The notes beneath the pieces are model-generated. The model was given only the letters and a program-made list of their open reading frames with translations, ran no database searches and was not told the origin of the DNA. A DNA stretch of 64,000 nt from the human T2T-CHM13v2.0 reference genome, Homo sapiens: NCBI RefSeq assembly GCF_009914755.1, contig NC_060945.1; one strand, 5' to 3'. The stretch's first letter is position 1; every line of letters begins with the position of its first letter. This document shows positions 12,721 through 29,507 of this stretch, piece after piece. The translations under genes and the position numbers were made by a program.

Positions 12721-13693
12721 ACCGGACTGGCATAAATGCTCAATGTGCCCAGTCTGCAGGAACGCTCCACAGGCTGACGGTGGAGAAGGGAAGCGGGGTG
12801 GCTCCTAGACTGAGGATTCCACAGGTGACGCGGTTGCTGAGGAGAGAGGAAGTCTGGGCTGCTGGATGGTTTACTCCATCCTGCCCCATCTGCTCAGAAG
12901 GACAGCCACAAAGGGCTGACAGCCATGGTAGCTCCGCCTGAGGGATTTCTGGAGGCCAAGCAACCCATCTGCTTAAGAGACCTTCCTCCACCTGCTCCAG
13001 CCCAGAGCAAAGGACACAGCACCATAAGCCTGGTCCAACCCACCTTTATCTCTGCTCGACAATACCTTGAGTTCACACTGACTTCTTGAGTAGCTAGCAA
13101 GTTATTCTGAGTCACAAATTATATTTCTCAATCTCAAATCCTGTTTTCTTATACTGTGGCACATTGTCTAAGCAAATCTTGATTTGTGACATCTATTTTA
13201 GCTTGTCGATAATAATAATAATCTAACAGCATTATGGTTATCACTACACAATATTCTTTCCTAAATGATCCTGTTATTCTCTTGAATTTTCCTGAAATGA
13301 AAACTCTTAGATGAACAACAGACCAGAGAATATGCTTGTGTCCAAATTACATCTGATTGACTTAGCTGGCCATCTGTTTCCCATGTCTAGAAAGAACCAA
13401 ACATCACGGGGAGAGAGAGAAAGCAGAAGATCCTTAATGGCAGAATATAAAATGAACTCCATTTACACTTAGGTGGAGCAAGGGAAGAGTATGAGTCAAT
13501 GTGTTTTCAGACCTTAAAATAATTTGGGATGAGACCTTTCTTAAGGCTTGAAATACTTGGGTACAAGGCAATAAAGTACATAAAGCATAGATTTTCTTCA
13601 TTTGCTTTCTCCAGCATTTCATGATGAGCATATGCAAAGTGATCGTTGAATGTATGAAAATGAAGATGAGCCAACATCATTTAAAAAGTTGCA

Positions 13694-14237
13694 TGGCACA
13701 GAGAAGAGTTAACACAGTAGGTCTGAGACTGTCAGTCTTATGAAGGGCTGCTTGCAGGACTGTCCCTTGGCTGGTATCTGGGAACTAGGATATTGGCAGC
13801 GTTCCCACCACCCTTAGAGTGGCTCACTGCCTGAACTGCATAAGCAATACAGTTCATGATGAGCACCTGCCTTCCTTGGGGAGTCTGGAACTTTGGCACA
13901 TACCAAACATACCAGGGTGCCTACGTGACCTGCCCCCAAAGGAAACCTTGGCCACTGAGTCTCCAGGAGCTCTCCTGCTCCCCTGGTAGACAACATTGCA
14001 CCTCTTATCATGACTCATTGCTGGAGAAATTAAGTGCTTCCTAGTGATTCCACAGGGAGAAGACCCCTGAGAGCTGGGGCCTGCTTTCCTCTGAATGTCA
14101 CCTCATGTGCCTTTTGCCTTTGCTGCTTTTGCTCCATAGCCTTCTCCTGTATTAAGTCACAGCCATGGATGCAGCTACATGCTGAGTCTTCCTGGCAGAT
14201 CACCAAACCTGAGGGTGGGCTTGGGGACCTTTGACAT
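13694..14237 (+). mobile_element. ERVL-type solo LTR (MER68/MER21 family)
   Basis: agaagagttaacacagtaggtctgagactg...cccttggctggtatctgggaact...ttggggacctttgaca. Confidence 0.75.
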
Positions 14238-14556
14238 GGGCATGTAACATCCTGCAAGATTAAATCTAAGAAAGTGAAAAAATAACTTTGACAGCAGTTG
14301 GCTTAAGAAGTGGAATATTCAATTTGGAATTTTAATATCCTGGCATTGTATTGTGGGAGAGGACTAGAGAAATCACTGCATATCCATGGGAGGAAACTGA
14401 GGCAAACAAAAACAAAAACAGAGAGAGATAGAAACGCCTTTCCCTAGGCCACCCAGCTAACCTGAGTCAGCGCTGCAATCAAGTCATATTCCAGAAACTT
14501 AAAATAGGAAATCAAGGGGGATTTTAGTGTGACTGAGTGGCCCAACAAATGAGGTT

Positions 14557-14946
14557 TTACACACACATACACAACACACAGATACAGAGCACACATCACA
14601 CACACCCCCTGCATATATCACACACACACACACAGAGCACACACACCACATAGCACGTACTCCACACACACACACACACACACCCTCCACACACACACAG
14701 AGCTCACACACCACACACAGCACACACTCCACACACACACCCCACACACATACAGAGCTCACACACCATACACGGCACACACACACACCACATATACACA
14801 GAGTACACACCCCACATGCCACACACACACCACACACACTACACACACATACAAACACACATCATGCACCACACACACATATGCACACACCACACCAAAC
14901 ACCACACACATATGTGGACACGCACATCACACACATGTACACACAC
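14557..14946. repeat. Degenerate CA-rich micro/minisatellite
   Basis: ~390 bp of CA/CAC runs with a recurring cagagc anchor every ~50-65 bp. Confidence 0.95.
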
Positions 14947-17900
14947 CCCTCCTGATATCCTCTGGGCTAAATTTGCCCCAATGCTTTCTTTTCTTGTTTT
15001 CTTTTTTAAAGAAAAAATATTAACATACCTATCTCTATGTGTCTATCTACTTGTTTTGGTAGTGCAAAAGTCAAAAGCGTACTTCTCTGTGTTGGGTTGT
15101 ACTCCACAATACACAGTTTGCAGCTTTCAGAATGGGTGCAGGTCTCCTCCTGGCAGGCTGAGGCCCTGCAGACTAGCTGCTATTGTGGCTGCTTTGGAGC
15201 CTTGCTGGCAGCTGTTTGGAGACTCAGGCTGTGCCCCTCGCCTTACACGACCCCCATTCTTGGTGTCACACAGGGGCTCTCCAGAGCTGTAAACAACCAG
15301 CTTTTAATTACTTTCAGGTGGCAGCGGGGTAACATGCAAAACCTAATTTAGTGAGCGATAGACTTAAATGGAAAAAGTATAACATAATTAATGATTTTTA
15401 AAAAGAAAGAGACCAGGGCCCTCTCTTCCTATTTCTCAGTTAATTCACTCCCAAAAATATAGCATGGTAAAAACATGACATCTCTGTGCCTTTCTAATTC
15501 CAGTCTGATGTGCACGTTCTGAGCTGAGAATACTTTCCAGTGTTTAAAATGAGGTTCTTATTTACTAAAAGCAATATAAATAGAAGATTAGATGATACAT
15601 ACAAAGACAGATAGCTAGGTAGATGATAACAGACAGAAAAATGTTCCTTTTATACTTTTCATTTGGTCCCACGAATTTCTTTTCAGTGAATGTTAAAGAA
15701 ATGCTTCTTTAATTCTGCAACTCTCTGGCACTTTTAAAATCAAAGATGAGGCTTTCAGGTGACTCTAGGTTTTTTTTAAATTTCACATTATTTTAATGTT
15801 TATCTCATTCCTTTTACTCATAAGCTCTTTGAGGGCAGACTCAGGTCTCCGCAAGATAGCAGCCACAGCATAGCAGATGTCTGGAAAATGCTCAGTGAGG
15901 AGCAATAAAATCACAATAGAAGTGCCACAGAAAGGGAAGGTTAACTTCTATAGTCAAGAGTGCACAAAGCAGAGGCCCCCCACAGCATGACCCTCAGGTC
16001 CCCCCGACAGCTGTGCTAGCTCTCCCTCCCTCCCCACATGAGAATACGGCATCCAATCTGCTCTTAGTTCTGGTTTGCTGAAACGTGCTTAAGGGCAGCC
16101 TTGTCTAATTTGGTTGGCTGTACCTATAATCTCTTTTCCCCTCTCTAAAATGCAAAGGTTTTCTTAAATCACAACCTCCTTTCTGAAACCTTCTCTACTT
16201 CCCCAGGCAAAACCGTGTGTGTAGCTACAGCCTCAGGCCCTAAGCGCCTACTGCAGCACTTAACACCCCAAGAGGGACAGTGCAGGAATCTCCCCAAGCA
16301 TCTCAACAGCAGAAACCATCTCTGCAGGGGCCTGGGGAGGGAGTGCTTCTTAAAGCCCAAGTCTTGCGTGATCTATGATGCCCAGACCCAGTTGTGGCAG
16401 TGAAGAATTACAGCCAATGTTTCATGTAAAGTGGTTGGTTTATGTCCTTTGATATTTCATGTGGGCAGAAAATTGTTCACGTTTAGCCAAAATACAGAAA
16501 GAAGATAATCATCCTTCGACCTGAACTCAATGATCCTAAGAGGTAAAATTCTCCTTGAATCATCACTAATAGAGGTATTCAGATAGGAAATATTACAGCA
16601 GAAAATTGGGCCACTGCTAAAGAGGGAGGCAGTTTCTCTGGGAATAGTAAAATGTTTGCTTTTTCCATTTTCCAAATCCGGTTACCCCTGGGCTGTGTCT
16701 TTGATGTTAATGTAGCTAAACCCCTGGTGAGATTCTCACAATTTTATCAGAAGAAACAGAAACGGAAGGCTGGGCTCTCTTACTGCTGGCCTCCCTAATC
16801 GGGAGGAAATTCACAACAGGCTTGTGAAGGGAAACCCAAATATAAAGCCGGTGTTATTGTTTTTTTCCAGGATGGTGTTTTATGTATCTCCACATCAGCA
16901 GTACCTCCAAAAGCATGTCATTATTCAAGCTACTATATTTTTACTGGGCTACATTAATATTATGGCATTTAAAAGGATTTCATTGCAGCTTAGGATAAGT
17001 GATGAGGATGTCTAAAAAAATCCACATAGACATCATGACTCTTGTTCTTCCTGGCTCATTTTAGGGAGGTAAGAACACAATAGGTCAGGATCTGTCATAT
17101 TAACTGAGGTCATCTGATGGCACCTTGTGTGCCTGTCTCTGAAATGCTTTTCCTCTGCACATTTACGACCCCACCCCCATCCATCATACCAGAGGGAAGG
17201 GTCACCCTGTAAGGCCCCAGGGCCCAGGGAAGAGCTCAGGCAGGCAGAAAAGCAACATCAGATATTATGAATCTTTCCTCCATTTGGTAGAATTATGGGA
17301 TTTCTACTTTTCAGCTGTTGGGGTATTCTTTCCAAAGGTCACTCCAAATCAATGAACTCATTAATGTCCTTGATAATGGTAGCCTCATGGCCTCATATGA
17401 TGAAGAGGCATAACTTGATTCCTGCGTCTACCTTCAGGCCAACCGAAGCCTGTCCTGGAAAGAAATCAATGCAGGCCCTAATGTGCAGTAAGCTCCCAAA
17501 AGGAACCATGACAATATGCACAACACTCATTAAACCCTGACAAACACTGCATTTGTGCTTCTCAGGAAAATAAACTACTCATTTGTTTTCTTAACCAAAA
17601 TAAAGGGCAAAACCTAGTGAGACATACTAATAGAAACCATTTTGCTTCTTTTTAGGGAAATACACAAACATCTTTAATTTTGCTTTTCATTAAAAAAGAA
17701 TTTGTAGAAGACAAATACCCATTTACCTTCACCAGGATTTCCAAAGGTCCCCTGGCCTAGAGATTCACAGAAACCCAAAGCTCATCTGTTAGAAGCAGGT
17801 CTTTGCTGCTCCGACCTTCCCAGGGGATCTCCCAACAGTCAAGGCTGAGCAGCTAAGCATCCCCCAGGCTGACAGGTCACACTTCGCCCTGAGCCCAGTG

Positions 17901-19317
17901 GGGCACGTTGGGCCATGGCCTGTGAATCATGCTTTTGGGCCCTCTCTTGACTGCCATCAGCTCTCAGCTATCCTAGGTCAACTCTCTGGCACTCCCATAC
18001 CTGCTCCTAACTCACTCACTTAGTAAGATACTTACACAGGCTTATTTCCATGGCTGATTTAGTTAATCGCTTTTCTCCATGGAAAGAATCAACCACTGAA
18101 GGAAGTGATCTCTGCAGAGTACGAATGCTTCCTGGAACAAACTTCCCAGCCAGATCCCAGCAGGCTGGGATGACTTGATAATCCGGGAAGAGGGACCTGG
18201 GAGATGGCCATGCCAAGGAATAAATCCAAACTAGCTCGCAGGAGTTACAGTTTATATACAAAGCAGAGACAAATTAACCTTTTACAGGTCATCTGCTGTG
18301 CATATGGCATTCAGGACAGCTTCCCTGAAGGTCAGGGCTAATTTAGAAAAAGTCCCTCTGTTCCTGGGACTTCTGTGCTATGCAAGGTCGTTCCCTGAAG
18401 CCAAGAATCCCAGTGCTTCCCTGGAGTGGCTCAGCCCCAGCCAGTGTGGAGGGAGGGAGGGTCTTCCTTTTAGCGGCCTCCACCCCGGCACAGCCTGGGT
18501 GATGGGGGAGGGAGGCTGTCCTCTGTCCTTATCTGTGCCTTGTGCTGGTAACCAGAGAGAAATATAACCCTTCTCCACCTAAACCTCCTGAGCATGGTTT
18601 ATTTATTAAGATCTCCAATGTTTTAAACCATGCGTCACCTCCAGTGACTTCATGACCTCCTTTTCTGGGCATTGCTGATGGGTGGAGCTCAGACACTGGG
18701 AACAGGGTCTGACTGTAGCAGTGAGCAACAGAAGTCAGGTAAAATGCTCAATTTCCAGACTTTCTATTAGCAGATCATGCCACTGCTTTGGGGCCTTGTT
18801 GTCATTTACAAGGTCATTTTTAGTGACAAGTCTATTCGACTCAGGTTGAACGACCTGATATGAAGTCTCTCTCTCCCTTTCTTTCAGTGATTTACTTACA
18901 AACCAACCAAAGCTTCTTACTGATGTATTCCTTAATAAGATAAACACCTGTGTTGTATTTATTTTCTAGATGCTGTTGTGAAGTACAAACCAAGCACTTC
19001 TCCAAAACTTTTGCATTTAAAATTGTATGAAAGGATGAAGCTCCAGTATCTGACTGAGGAGAGGACATGGGCTTTAACAGTTCCTATCAGAGGGGCATAA
19101 ATTCTATATTGCATGCCAGCATCATCCCCTCACTAGATACACATTTCCTTTTTTTTATTTAGTTAGGTTCACATTTGAAGGAAAATAAAGTCTGTTCACA
19201 GAGATTGCAAAAAGGTGAAACAAGAACAATGAGGATGCTGCTAATTAAAGATGTCTAAAAACAAAAGAACACACGTATTATGCATAACCAAAGAGATTCA
19301 AAAATCCTCCTGGTAGA

Positions 19318-19563
19318 ACATGTTCTCACTTGTAAGTGGGAGCTGAATGATGAGAACACAGGGACACATAGAGAAGAACAACACACACTGGGGCCTACTT
19401 CGGGGTGGAGGGTGGGAGAAGGAAGAGGATCAGGAAAAATAATTAATGGGTATTAGGCTTAACACCTGGGTGATGAAATAATCTGTACAACAAACCCCCA
19501 TGACACAAGTTTACCTGTGTAAAAAACCTGCACATGTACCCCTGAACTTAAAATAAAAGTTAA
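19318..19563 (+). mobile_element. 5'-truncated L1PA (older primate subfamily) 3' UTR with 18-bp TSD
   Basis: gttctcacttgtaagtgggagctg...cacatgtacccctgaacttaaaataaaag; TSD aaaaatcctcctggtaga at 19300-19317 and 19564-19581. Confidence 0.93.
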
Positions 19564-19589
19564 AAAAATCCTCCTGGTAGATATTTCAA

Positions 19590-19990
19590 TTTCTCACCCA
19601 GATTTCCAGTTCTCCTCTTCCTTCAGGCACATGCCCCATTGAGGTCAGGCATGGCCATGAGACTTGCTTTGGCCAATTAAATATGAACAGAGATAACATG
19701 TGTCACCTCCAAGTGGAAGCACTAAGAAGGCGTTTGTAATTCTCCCATGCTCTCTTCCTCTGCCAGAGCAGACCATGAAGCTGAAAATTTGGATGACAGG
19801 GTTAAAAGATGGTGAAGTCTCTATCCTAGGTCACCGAGTCCGGAAGATTGAAAAGGTAGCTCCCAATTCTTCCACTCCCTGAACCTATACTCCCTTGCCA
19901 TATAAATTGGAGGGCCTCTCCCCTTTGATTCCGAGCTTAGCCAGATGACTGTCATCAAATCCTTCCATTTGCCATTAAGACAACTAACAT
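19590..19990 (+). mobile_element. Old MaLR LTR (MLT1H-J-like)
   Basis: ggcatggccatgagacttgctttggccaat...gtgtcacctccaagtggaagc. Confidence 0.6.
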
Positions 19991-21235
19991 GACCCCTAAG
20001 GAGAGAAGATGAAGATGTTTCAACACTGAAAATTAGCAAATAAAAATGTATAAGGGAGTCTCTATTCTGATTATTACAATCGCATTTGAGTTATTAAGCT
20101 TAGTATTTTTCAACACCCTAAGTTAAATTATGATAATTAATCAACATAACAGCAAGGAATGTACTGTTCATTGAAGTGTGAGGGGTTTTGAATTCACTGT
20201 AAAGACAATGTTTTCATAAAAACTAAGAATTCCATTCTATCCTAGATTCCTGTAATGTGCTATGATGGCAATGTATTTCAACTTTGATTTGGATCTTTTA
20301 AATGCCTCTGGTGGTGGTGTACAGTAACCAACCTCTCTAGCTAATCAATAAGCTGAGAAACAAAAACGGTGTGTCACCGTGAGGGTTTAGTTCCAAATTC
20401 TGCTCTCTATAAATGGATAAAATGTTGCTTAGTCAAGAAGTCTGTTAACATGTGTGTTGTGCGTGTGTGCACCCGCATGTGAGGGCATACAGACATGTCT
20501 AAAAAAGGCAACTATTTATAATCCACATCGGAACACAGACTATGCTCCTCACAATTCTTTTCCGAAAGCAGCCAACACATTTTGAGATATGCCAACAGTC
20601 ATTATCCAAGGATGTAAGAACAGGAGCACCATGCATCACGCGGACAGTCGCCTTTCCAGGTAAATAGCACAGAGCAAGAAATCAACACCATTAGAAATGA
20701 AGAACTGCAGTTTCTTGGAGGCTAAATTTAAATTTTGTCTTTTCTACACACCAAATATAAGCCAAGAAATTATTCATATGCAAATATACATTTCATTGCT
20801 ACATATATATTCTTAGTAGAATCTTCAAGAAATAGGTCAGAGATACAACATAACTCTCAAGACATTGGAAAGCACCAAAAGGTCATGAAAACAGGGCTTC
20901 CATTTTCCAGATTTTAGTTTCAGAATGTCAGCTATATATGCAATGCTGAGGTCTCTCACAGATGCAAAATACTACTACCTTGTTTTTAGAAGCAGACGTA
21001 AAACCACAATTTTCTCAAAAAAGTTAACACAATGGCTACAGTTACAGTGCCGGTAACTAATCTCTCTTCATCAGTCAACCCACCAAAGGATGTCTGAATC
21101 AAGCCATTATAAGCCAATACAAAACACTTATTTCAGGTTTACTTACAAAATAGCATCAGCCTTAAGAATACTAATTCTGAATTATGATGAACACATAAAC
21201 GGAGACCCGATTCCATCTCTGAAATAACCTTTTCA

Positions 21236-21463
<228 letters not shown>

Positions 21464-21622
21464 TCAACAGGCTCATTCTGAGAGTATCTCACTGTAATAT
21501 ATACACTGCAGCACACACACATCAATTGCATAACATATCTTTCTGGAAAACAGTTAAGATGCCTACATTTCACGTCTTTCATCGCCTGACTTAAGAAAAC
21601 ATTCATTCCCTTAACAATACAT

Positions 21623-21893
21623 AGCTGGGTAAGGTGGCTCATGCCTGTAATCCCACCACTTTGGGAGGCCAAGATGGGTAGATCCCTTGTGCCCAGGAGT
21701 TCAAGACCAGACTGGGCAACATGGCAACACCCCATCTCTACTAAAAATACAAAAAAATTGCTGGGCATGGTGGTGTGTGATTGTAGTCCCAGCTACTTGG
21801 GAGGCTGAGATGAGATTACCTGAGCCTGGGAGGTTGAGGCTGCAGTGAGCTATAATCATATCACTGCACCCAGCCTGGGTGAAGAAAAAAAAA
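21623..21893 (+). mobile_element. AluJ
   Basis: AluJ-type motifs (gcccaggagttc, gaggctgcagtgagctat); lies ~200 nt upstream of the exon 3 acceptor. Confidence 0.9.
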
Positions 21894-23979
21894 TACACTA
21901 CACTCTATACCAAGGGGCCAGAGTATAATCGAAAATAGTTAATAGACCCCCTGAAGGTATCATGAGATAGGAAATAGCTTCATGAAAGAAAAGTTACTGG
22001 CTCTGCAAAGTTATGATGATGGCAAACTGCTATTAGTCCTCTAAGGGCCGAGGAAGATTTTTTTTTCTGACTGCAAAAAATGAATAAAAAATTCAGGCAA
22101 GGCAATTTTTCTGGGAAGCCTTGAGAACTCTGAGACAATTAAAATAATTTTTCATTAGTAAATTTTTAAATGACAGTTGCAAAGCAGTTTGGGAAACACT
22201 GATCCTGCTTCCCATTGTTTAGGGAAGGATGTTGATTAGACAGCCTGCCCAAACACTCCAATGATAGGAGCATCCCAGAAAGACTGCAGAGTGGACTTCC
22301 ACGTCCTTGATGTCTAGGCTCAGAGGCAGGGTGGTACTGGTGTTCAGAACCTACCTAGCAGGCCCAACTCCCTGGGTTCAAATCCAAGCTCGGCCACTCC
22401 CTGACTGTGGGGCAGTGAGCAAATCCTCTCACCATCTATACCATGGGGATGATGTTGGTAGCATCTGCCCCCTAGGGTGACTGTGGTGAATCAGTTAACG
22501 TAGGTGAAAATTCAACAGTGTCTGCTAGAAGCAGGTTGGGTAAGGCCACACTTACCAATAGCCAGAGATGGATCCCCAGGGTTGGGGAAGATCTGTCTCC
22601 AGGGAAGTAAGACACTGATGAATATAGTCCCAATTAGATGTGCCAGCCTTACTTCTTTAGAGCTTTGTTTTCCTCAAATTTAAAATGAGGGCATTGTGGT
22701 GGGAACCTCTTCAAGGTCTAAATCTTATAAGTCTATGATTTTCTAAGATACCCACAGAGATAACTTATTGTCTAATCATCTAACCACCTCACTTAAAGAA
22801 TTAATCACTTACTGGACAAATATGTGCCATGAAAATGGTTTCAAAAGGTACTAACACACCAACAAAGCTAAAGGTGAATTTCTCAAGGGAAATCTCCCAG
22901 TAGGCAGAGGTGAGCTCTTTAGAAGAGGACTGTTAAGGTCGGGCTAACCTTGTGATATGCTGAGCATTTTTGTAGTAAAGCATGTCTTTCATGAAAGCCT
23001 TCCTCTCCAGTTTCCATTTTTAACATTAGCCGTTTTTCCCCAACTTGGAGAATTTCTTCATTATTGTATCTAACCAGAGAGATTTTTCCAAGTATTGAAA
23101 TCTTCTGCGACCCCCATCACTGTAATCCCCAAGCGGCATGAGGTGAAGGTCCAGGCAGCAACTCCACACCTCCTGCAGGAGGTCCACTAGGCAAAAATTC
23201 AGGGCGCCCAAGAGACTGACCTCAGCAACAACATCCTTACACCGAGAGGAGGGAACTGACTTTGTACAGAAAGGCTCCTGCATAAGTAAACCTTTGCTGG
23301 GAGCTGAGGTCTACGGTAATAGATTAGAAAAAGACTATGAAGATATAGGCAAACTAATCAAACTCATTGGTGAGAATCTGGGCATGGTGAGAAGCAGAAG
23401 ACAGAGAGGAGAAGAGGAGGATGGAGGACAGAGGAGAAAGAGGGACTGGTCAACAGAGAGAGTCTACCGTCACAGGAATAGTGCCCCTAAGCAGGGGAAT
23501 GATTTCAATTTAAGCTCCTTTGTCTGTGTGATGCTTGTTTCTTTGCAATAAAATCACTCTGTCTCCCCAAACCTTCCGCAGACTCTGCTTCAAACATTAA
23601 TGACTCAAGTAGGATAATTTTTAATAGAAATCAAGGAAAGGGGTCAAGTTCCATGTATCAGACAGGAAAGTGAGAAGAAAAGATGTTCACCTGTTTACCG
23701 GGAGACACGGGAAATGCCTTCCCACCAGGTGTACAGCCTACACTAGATGGGATCACAGGAGCCATAAAAATATGGGGTGACTGACCGGGGACATTCCCAG
23801 TGTTACCACCCAATGTCCAGTGTCCTAGGAAACCCCTCAGTCCCAGCACTTACCCACATATCATGGAGTTTTCTCCTCTCTAGCTACCCACTGCCCTCAC
23901 CAGTACCAGGACACCTTAGTAGTCACAATTTTAAACCTGTGTGACTTTTGCTTCTCCAACCTCCAGGTCAGTCCCAAGA

Positions 23980-24094
23980 AGCCCAGATCTTCTCAAAGCA
24001 GGGACAGCACTGTGGTGATCTGAACCCCAGCTCGCTCAAAGGGAATGGGGATCAGAAGAAAACTGCACACTCCCCATCCCTTCTCCTTATTCGA
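23980..24094. repeat. 115-bp segment duplicated at 24659-24773 (donor copy)
   Basis: agcccagatcttctcaaagc...ccttattcga; 4 mismatches between the copies. Confidence 0.95.
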
Positions 24095-24632
24095 TTACTC
24101 ATTCCACAAAGATAGCCTGTGCAGTGAGCCTTTAAAAAATTATCTTAGAAAATACTTGGCACACAAGAGGTGTTCAATACATATTTTGAGACTGAATATA
24201 TAGAAAGACAGAGCTTCCATTCTGGGAGAACTTCTAATCCTTTTACAGAATATACATGTATGCACATTTGAATTTATAGCCACTATCTATAGTTTTTTAA
24301 AAAAATGCAAATCAGGGTTTTATTAAAGCTCCTAATCTTTGTAATAGAGCATTGTTTGTTCCTGAGGCCTCCATAACTTAAGACACCAACATTGCTGTCT
24401 ATGGCGATATATCTCTCAGAGGGCCATGTGAGTTTCCTGAGCCCATAGTCAGCCCCGAAGACAGGGGTGCAGCCTTGATCTTCATTCTACATCCAACTAC
24501 TGCTAACTTTGTTGCAGTAACAGACACTGGGCTAGAAACCTGAGATGCAGGCAAAAAAAAAAATACACTTTGTTTTAAATTTGATTGACATTTGCATTAT
24601 AAGACAGAGTATTATCTAAGTACTGTGCTTGG

Positions 24633-25134
24633 TGTCATAAGTTAGGCTCTCCCCAGAGAGCCCAGATCTTCTCAAAGCAGGGACAGCACTGTGGTGCTCT
24701 GAACCCCAGCTCGCTCAGAGAGAACGGGGATCAGAAGAAAACTGCACACTCCCCATCCCTTCTCCTTATTCGACCCCAAAAGGAGGAGCTGGGTTCAAGC
24801 GACTGAGCAAGGACACAATCCCCTGAGAGGCAGGGAAAGTGTGAGTAGGGCAGGGAGGGAAGCAGCAAAGCAGGTGTGTGGTTTCAGGTGAAGTCCCAGC
24901 CACACCTGACATGCTCGGTCATGCAGAGGAGCTGGGATCCCCTGTTGTAGCTGTCTGTCATTGGCTTAGGGCTGGCCTCAGGAGGATGGAACTCCCAGGC
25001 ATTTCCCACTCTTGTTTCTGTGAATGGTTCCAGTGCCCAAGCAATCCTCTGAAGGCTGCAGGTTCATGTTCTTAGCAACCAGCGCGCAGATCTTGGGGGA
25101 TCTGATTCAGGGATGCCAGTAGGGTCCACTGCAA
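24633..25134 (-). mobile_element. ERVL-type LTR (LTR33/LTR16-like) carrying the 115-bp insertion
   Basis: tgtcataagttaggctctccccaga...[insert]...gacccc...gggcagggagggaagcagc. Confidence 0.55.
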
Positions 25135-25231
25135 TCATTTTAGCCTTCATTCAGTAAAATCTGTCATCTTTTTAGATCAGAAGAAAAAAAAATCTCTGGT
25201 AATATGACTTTGAAACAAAATCAGGCCTATT

Positions 25232-26610
25232 TATTTTTTTAATCAAATATTTTCATTGTGATATAAGAGTTGTACATATTCTGGGGTACATGTGATGTTT
25301 TCATACCTGTATAAAATGTATAATCATAAAATCAGGGTAATTGGAATATCAATCACTTCAATCTTTTCCCTGTGTTGGGAGCACAGTAAATCTTTTTTCT
25401 TCTAGCAATTTAAAAATATACAATAAATTATTAACTATAATTTCCCTACTGTGCCAGCAAATGTTAGAACATATTCCTTCTATTTAACTGTATTTTTATA
25501 CCCCTCAGCCAACTACTCTTTAACCCCTCTCCTCATCCCCTTGCTTCCCAGCCTCTGGTATCCACCATTCCACTCTCCACCTCCATAAGATCCACTTTTC
25601 CAGATCCCATATGTGAGTGAAAACATGTAATGTGTGTCTGTCTGAGCCTGGCTTAATTCACTTAGCATAGCAACCTCCAGTTTCATCCATCATTATATTC
25701 TTGTTGGATGGAGAGTTTGCAAATATTAATAGTCTCCCCATTCTGCATGTTGTCTCTTCAACTTTGCTGATTTTTATTTTCTTTGCTGTGCAGAGTTTTT
25801 CTGCTTGATGTAATCCTATTTGTCTATTTTTGCTTTTGTTGCCTGTGCTTTTGAGGCCTTACCCCAAAAATCTTTGCCCAGACTAATTTTCTATAGTGTT
25901 TCCCTAGTGTTTTCTTTCAGTAATTTCATAGTTTCAAGACTTAGTTTAAGTATTTTGCCCACTTTGAGTTGATTTTCATACACAGTTAAAGACAGGGATC
26001 TAGTTTCATTCTTTTGCATATAGATACCCAGTTTTGCCAACACTAATTTTTAAAGAGCTTGCCCTTTCCTGAATGTGTGTTCATGGTACCTTTGTCAAAA
26101 ATGATTTGGGTATAAGCGCATGGACTTATATTTGGATTCTCTATTCTATCCCATTGGTCTATGTGTCTGTTTTATGTCAGTACTACGCTATAGTATGCCA
26201 GTACTACACCTGTGTTGTATTCTTTGAAATTAGACTGTGTGATACCTACAGCTTTGTTCTTTTTGCTCAGGATTGCTTTAGCATTTCGGAGTCTTTTGTG
26301 GTTTCATACAAAGTTAAGGATTTTTTTTTCTATTTCTGTGAAGAATGTCATTGGTAGGGATGGCCTTGAATCTGTAGATCACTTTGAGTAGTATAGATAT
26401 TTTAACACTATTAATTCTTCCAATCAACGAGCATGAAATAACTTTCCATTTTGTGTGTGTGTGTCCTCTTCAATTTCTTTCATACTTCTTTATATTTTTA
26501 GCATATCTACTATAGGTTTTTACTTTGTGGTTACCATGAAGCTTACGAAAAGCATCTTATAGTTATAAGAAGTTATTTAAAACTGAAATCAACTTTACTT
26601 TGATTACACA
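25232..26610 (-). mobile_element. L1MA-type fragments (3' UTR and ORF2 remnants)
   Basis: gtacatattctggggtacatgtgatg...; aagaatgtcattggtaggg...gaatctgtagatcactttg. Confidence 0.85.
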
Positions 26611-26669
26611 CACATGGCTTATTTATTGAGCAAGAGATCACACGGTTGGTCTACATTGACAGCAGCGAA

Positions 26670-28659
<1,990 letters not shown>

Positions 28660-29190
28660 ATAGCATGTCATGTTGCACAGGATAGAACCTCCAGGACGAT
28701 GTAGAATAGAAGTGGTGAGAGCATACACTTTGATATTGTTCTTCATTTGGGGGTGAAAACATTTCATCTTTGACAAGTATGATGTTCGCTATAGCAGGAT
28801 TTTCGTAGTTGCTTTTTATCAGATTGAGGAAGTTCCTTTCTACTGATGGTTTTCTGAGAGTTCTTTTAATCATTAGTGGATGTTGGGTTTCATCAATGTT
28901 TTTCTGTGTCTGTTGAAATGATCACATGGTTTACACTGATTAATTTTCAAATGTGAAACTCACCTTGCATTATGAATATAAGCCTTTGTGGTCATAATGT
29001 ATTATTCCTTTTATATGTTGTTGGATTCAATTTGTTAAATTTTTAGAATTTTTACATGTATAGTCAGAAGAGATACTTGTCTTTAGTTTTCTTATGTCTT
29101 GTTTATGTATTAGGGTAATGCTAACTTCATAAAATGATTTGGGAAATACTCTCTCCTCAATTTTCTGGAAGAATTTGTTTATAATTTTTA

Positions 29191-29507
<317 letters not shown>

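Noticed and set aside
14499-15292. ORFs of 119 aa and 158 aa rich in VC or HT
   Set aside because: Products of the CA repeat.
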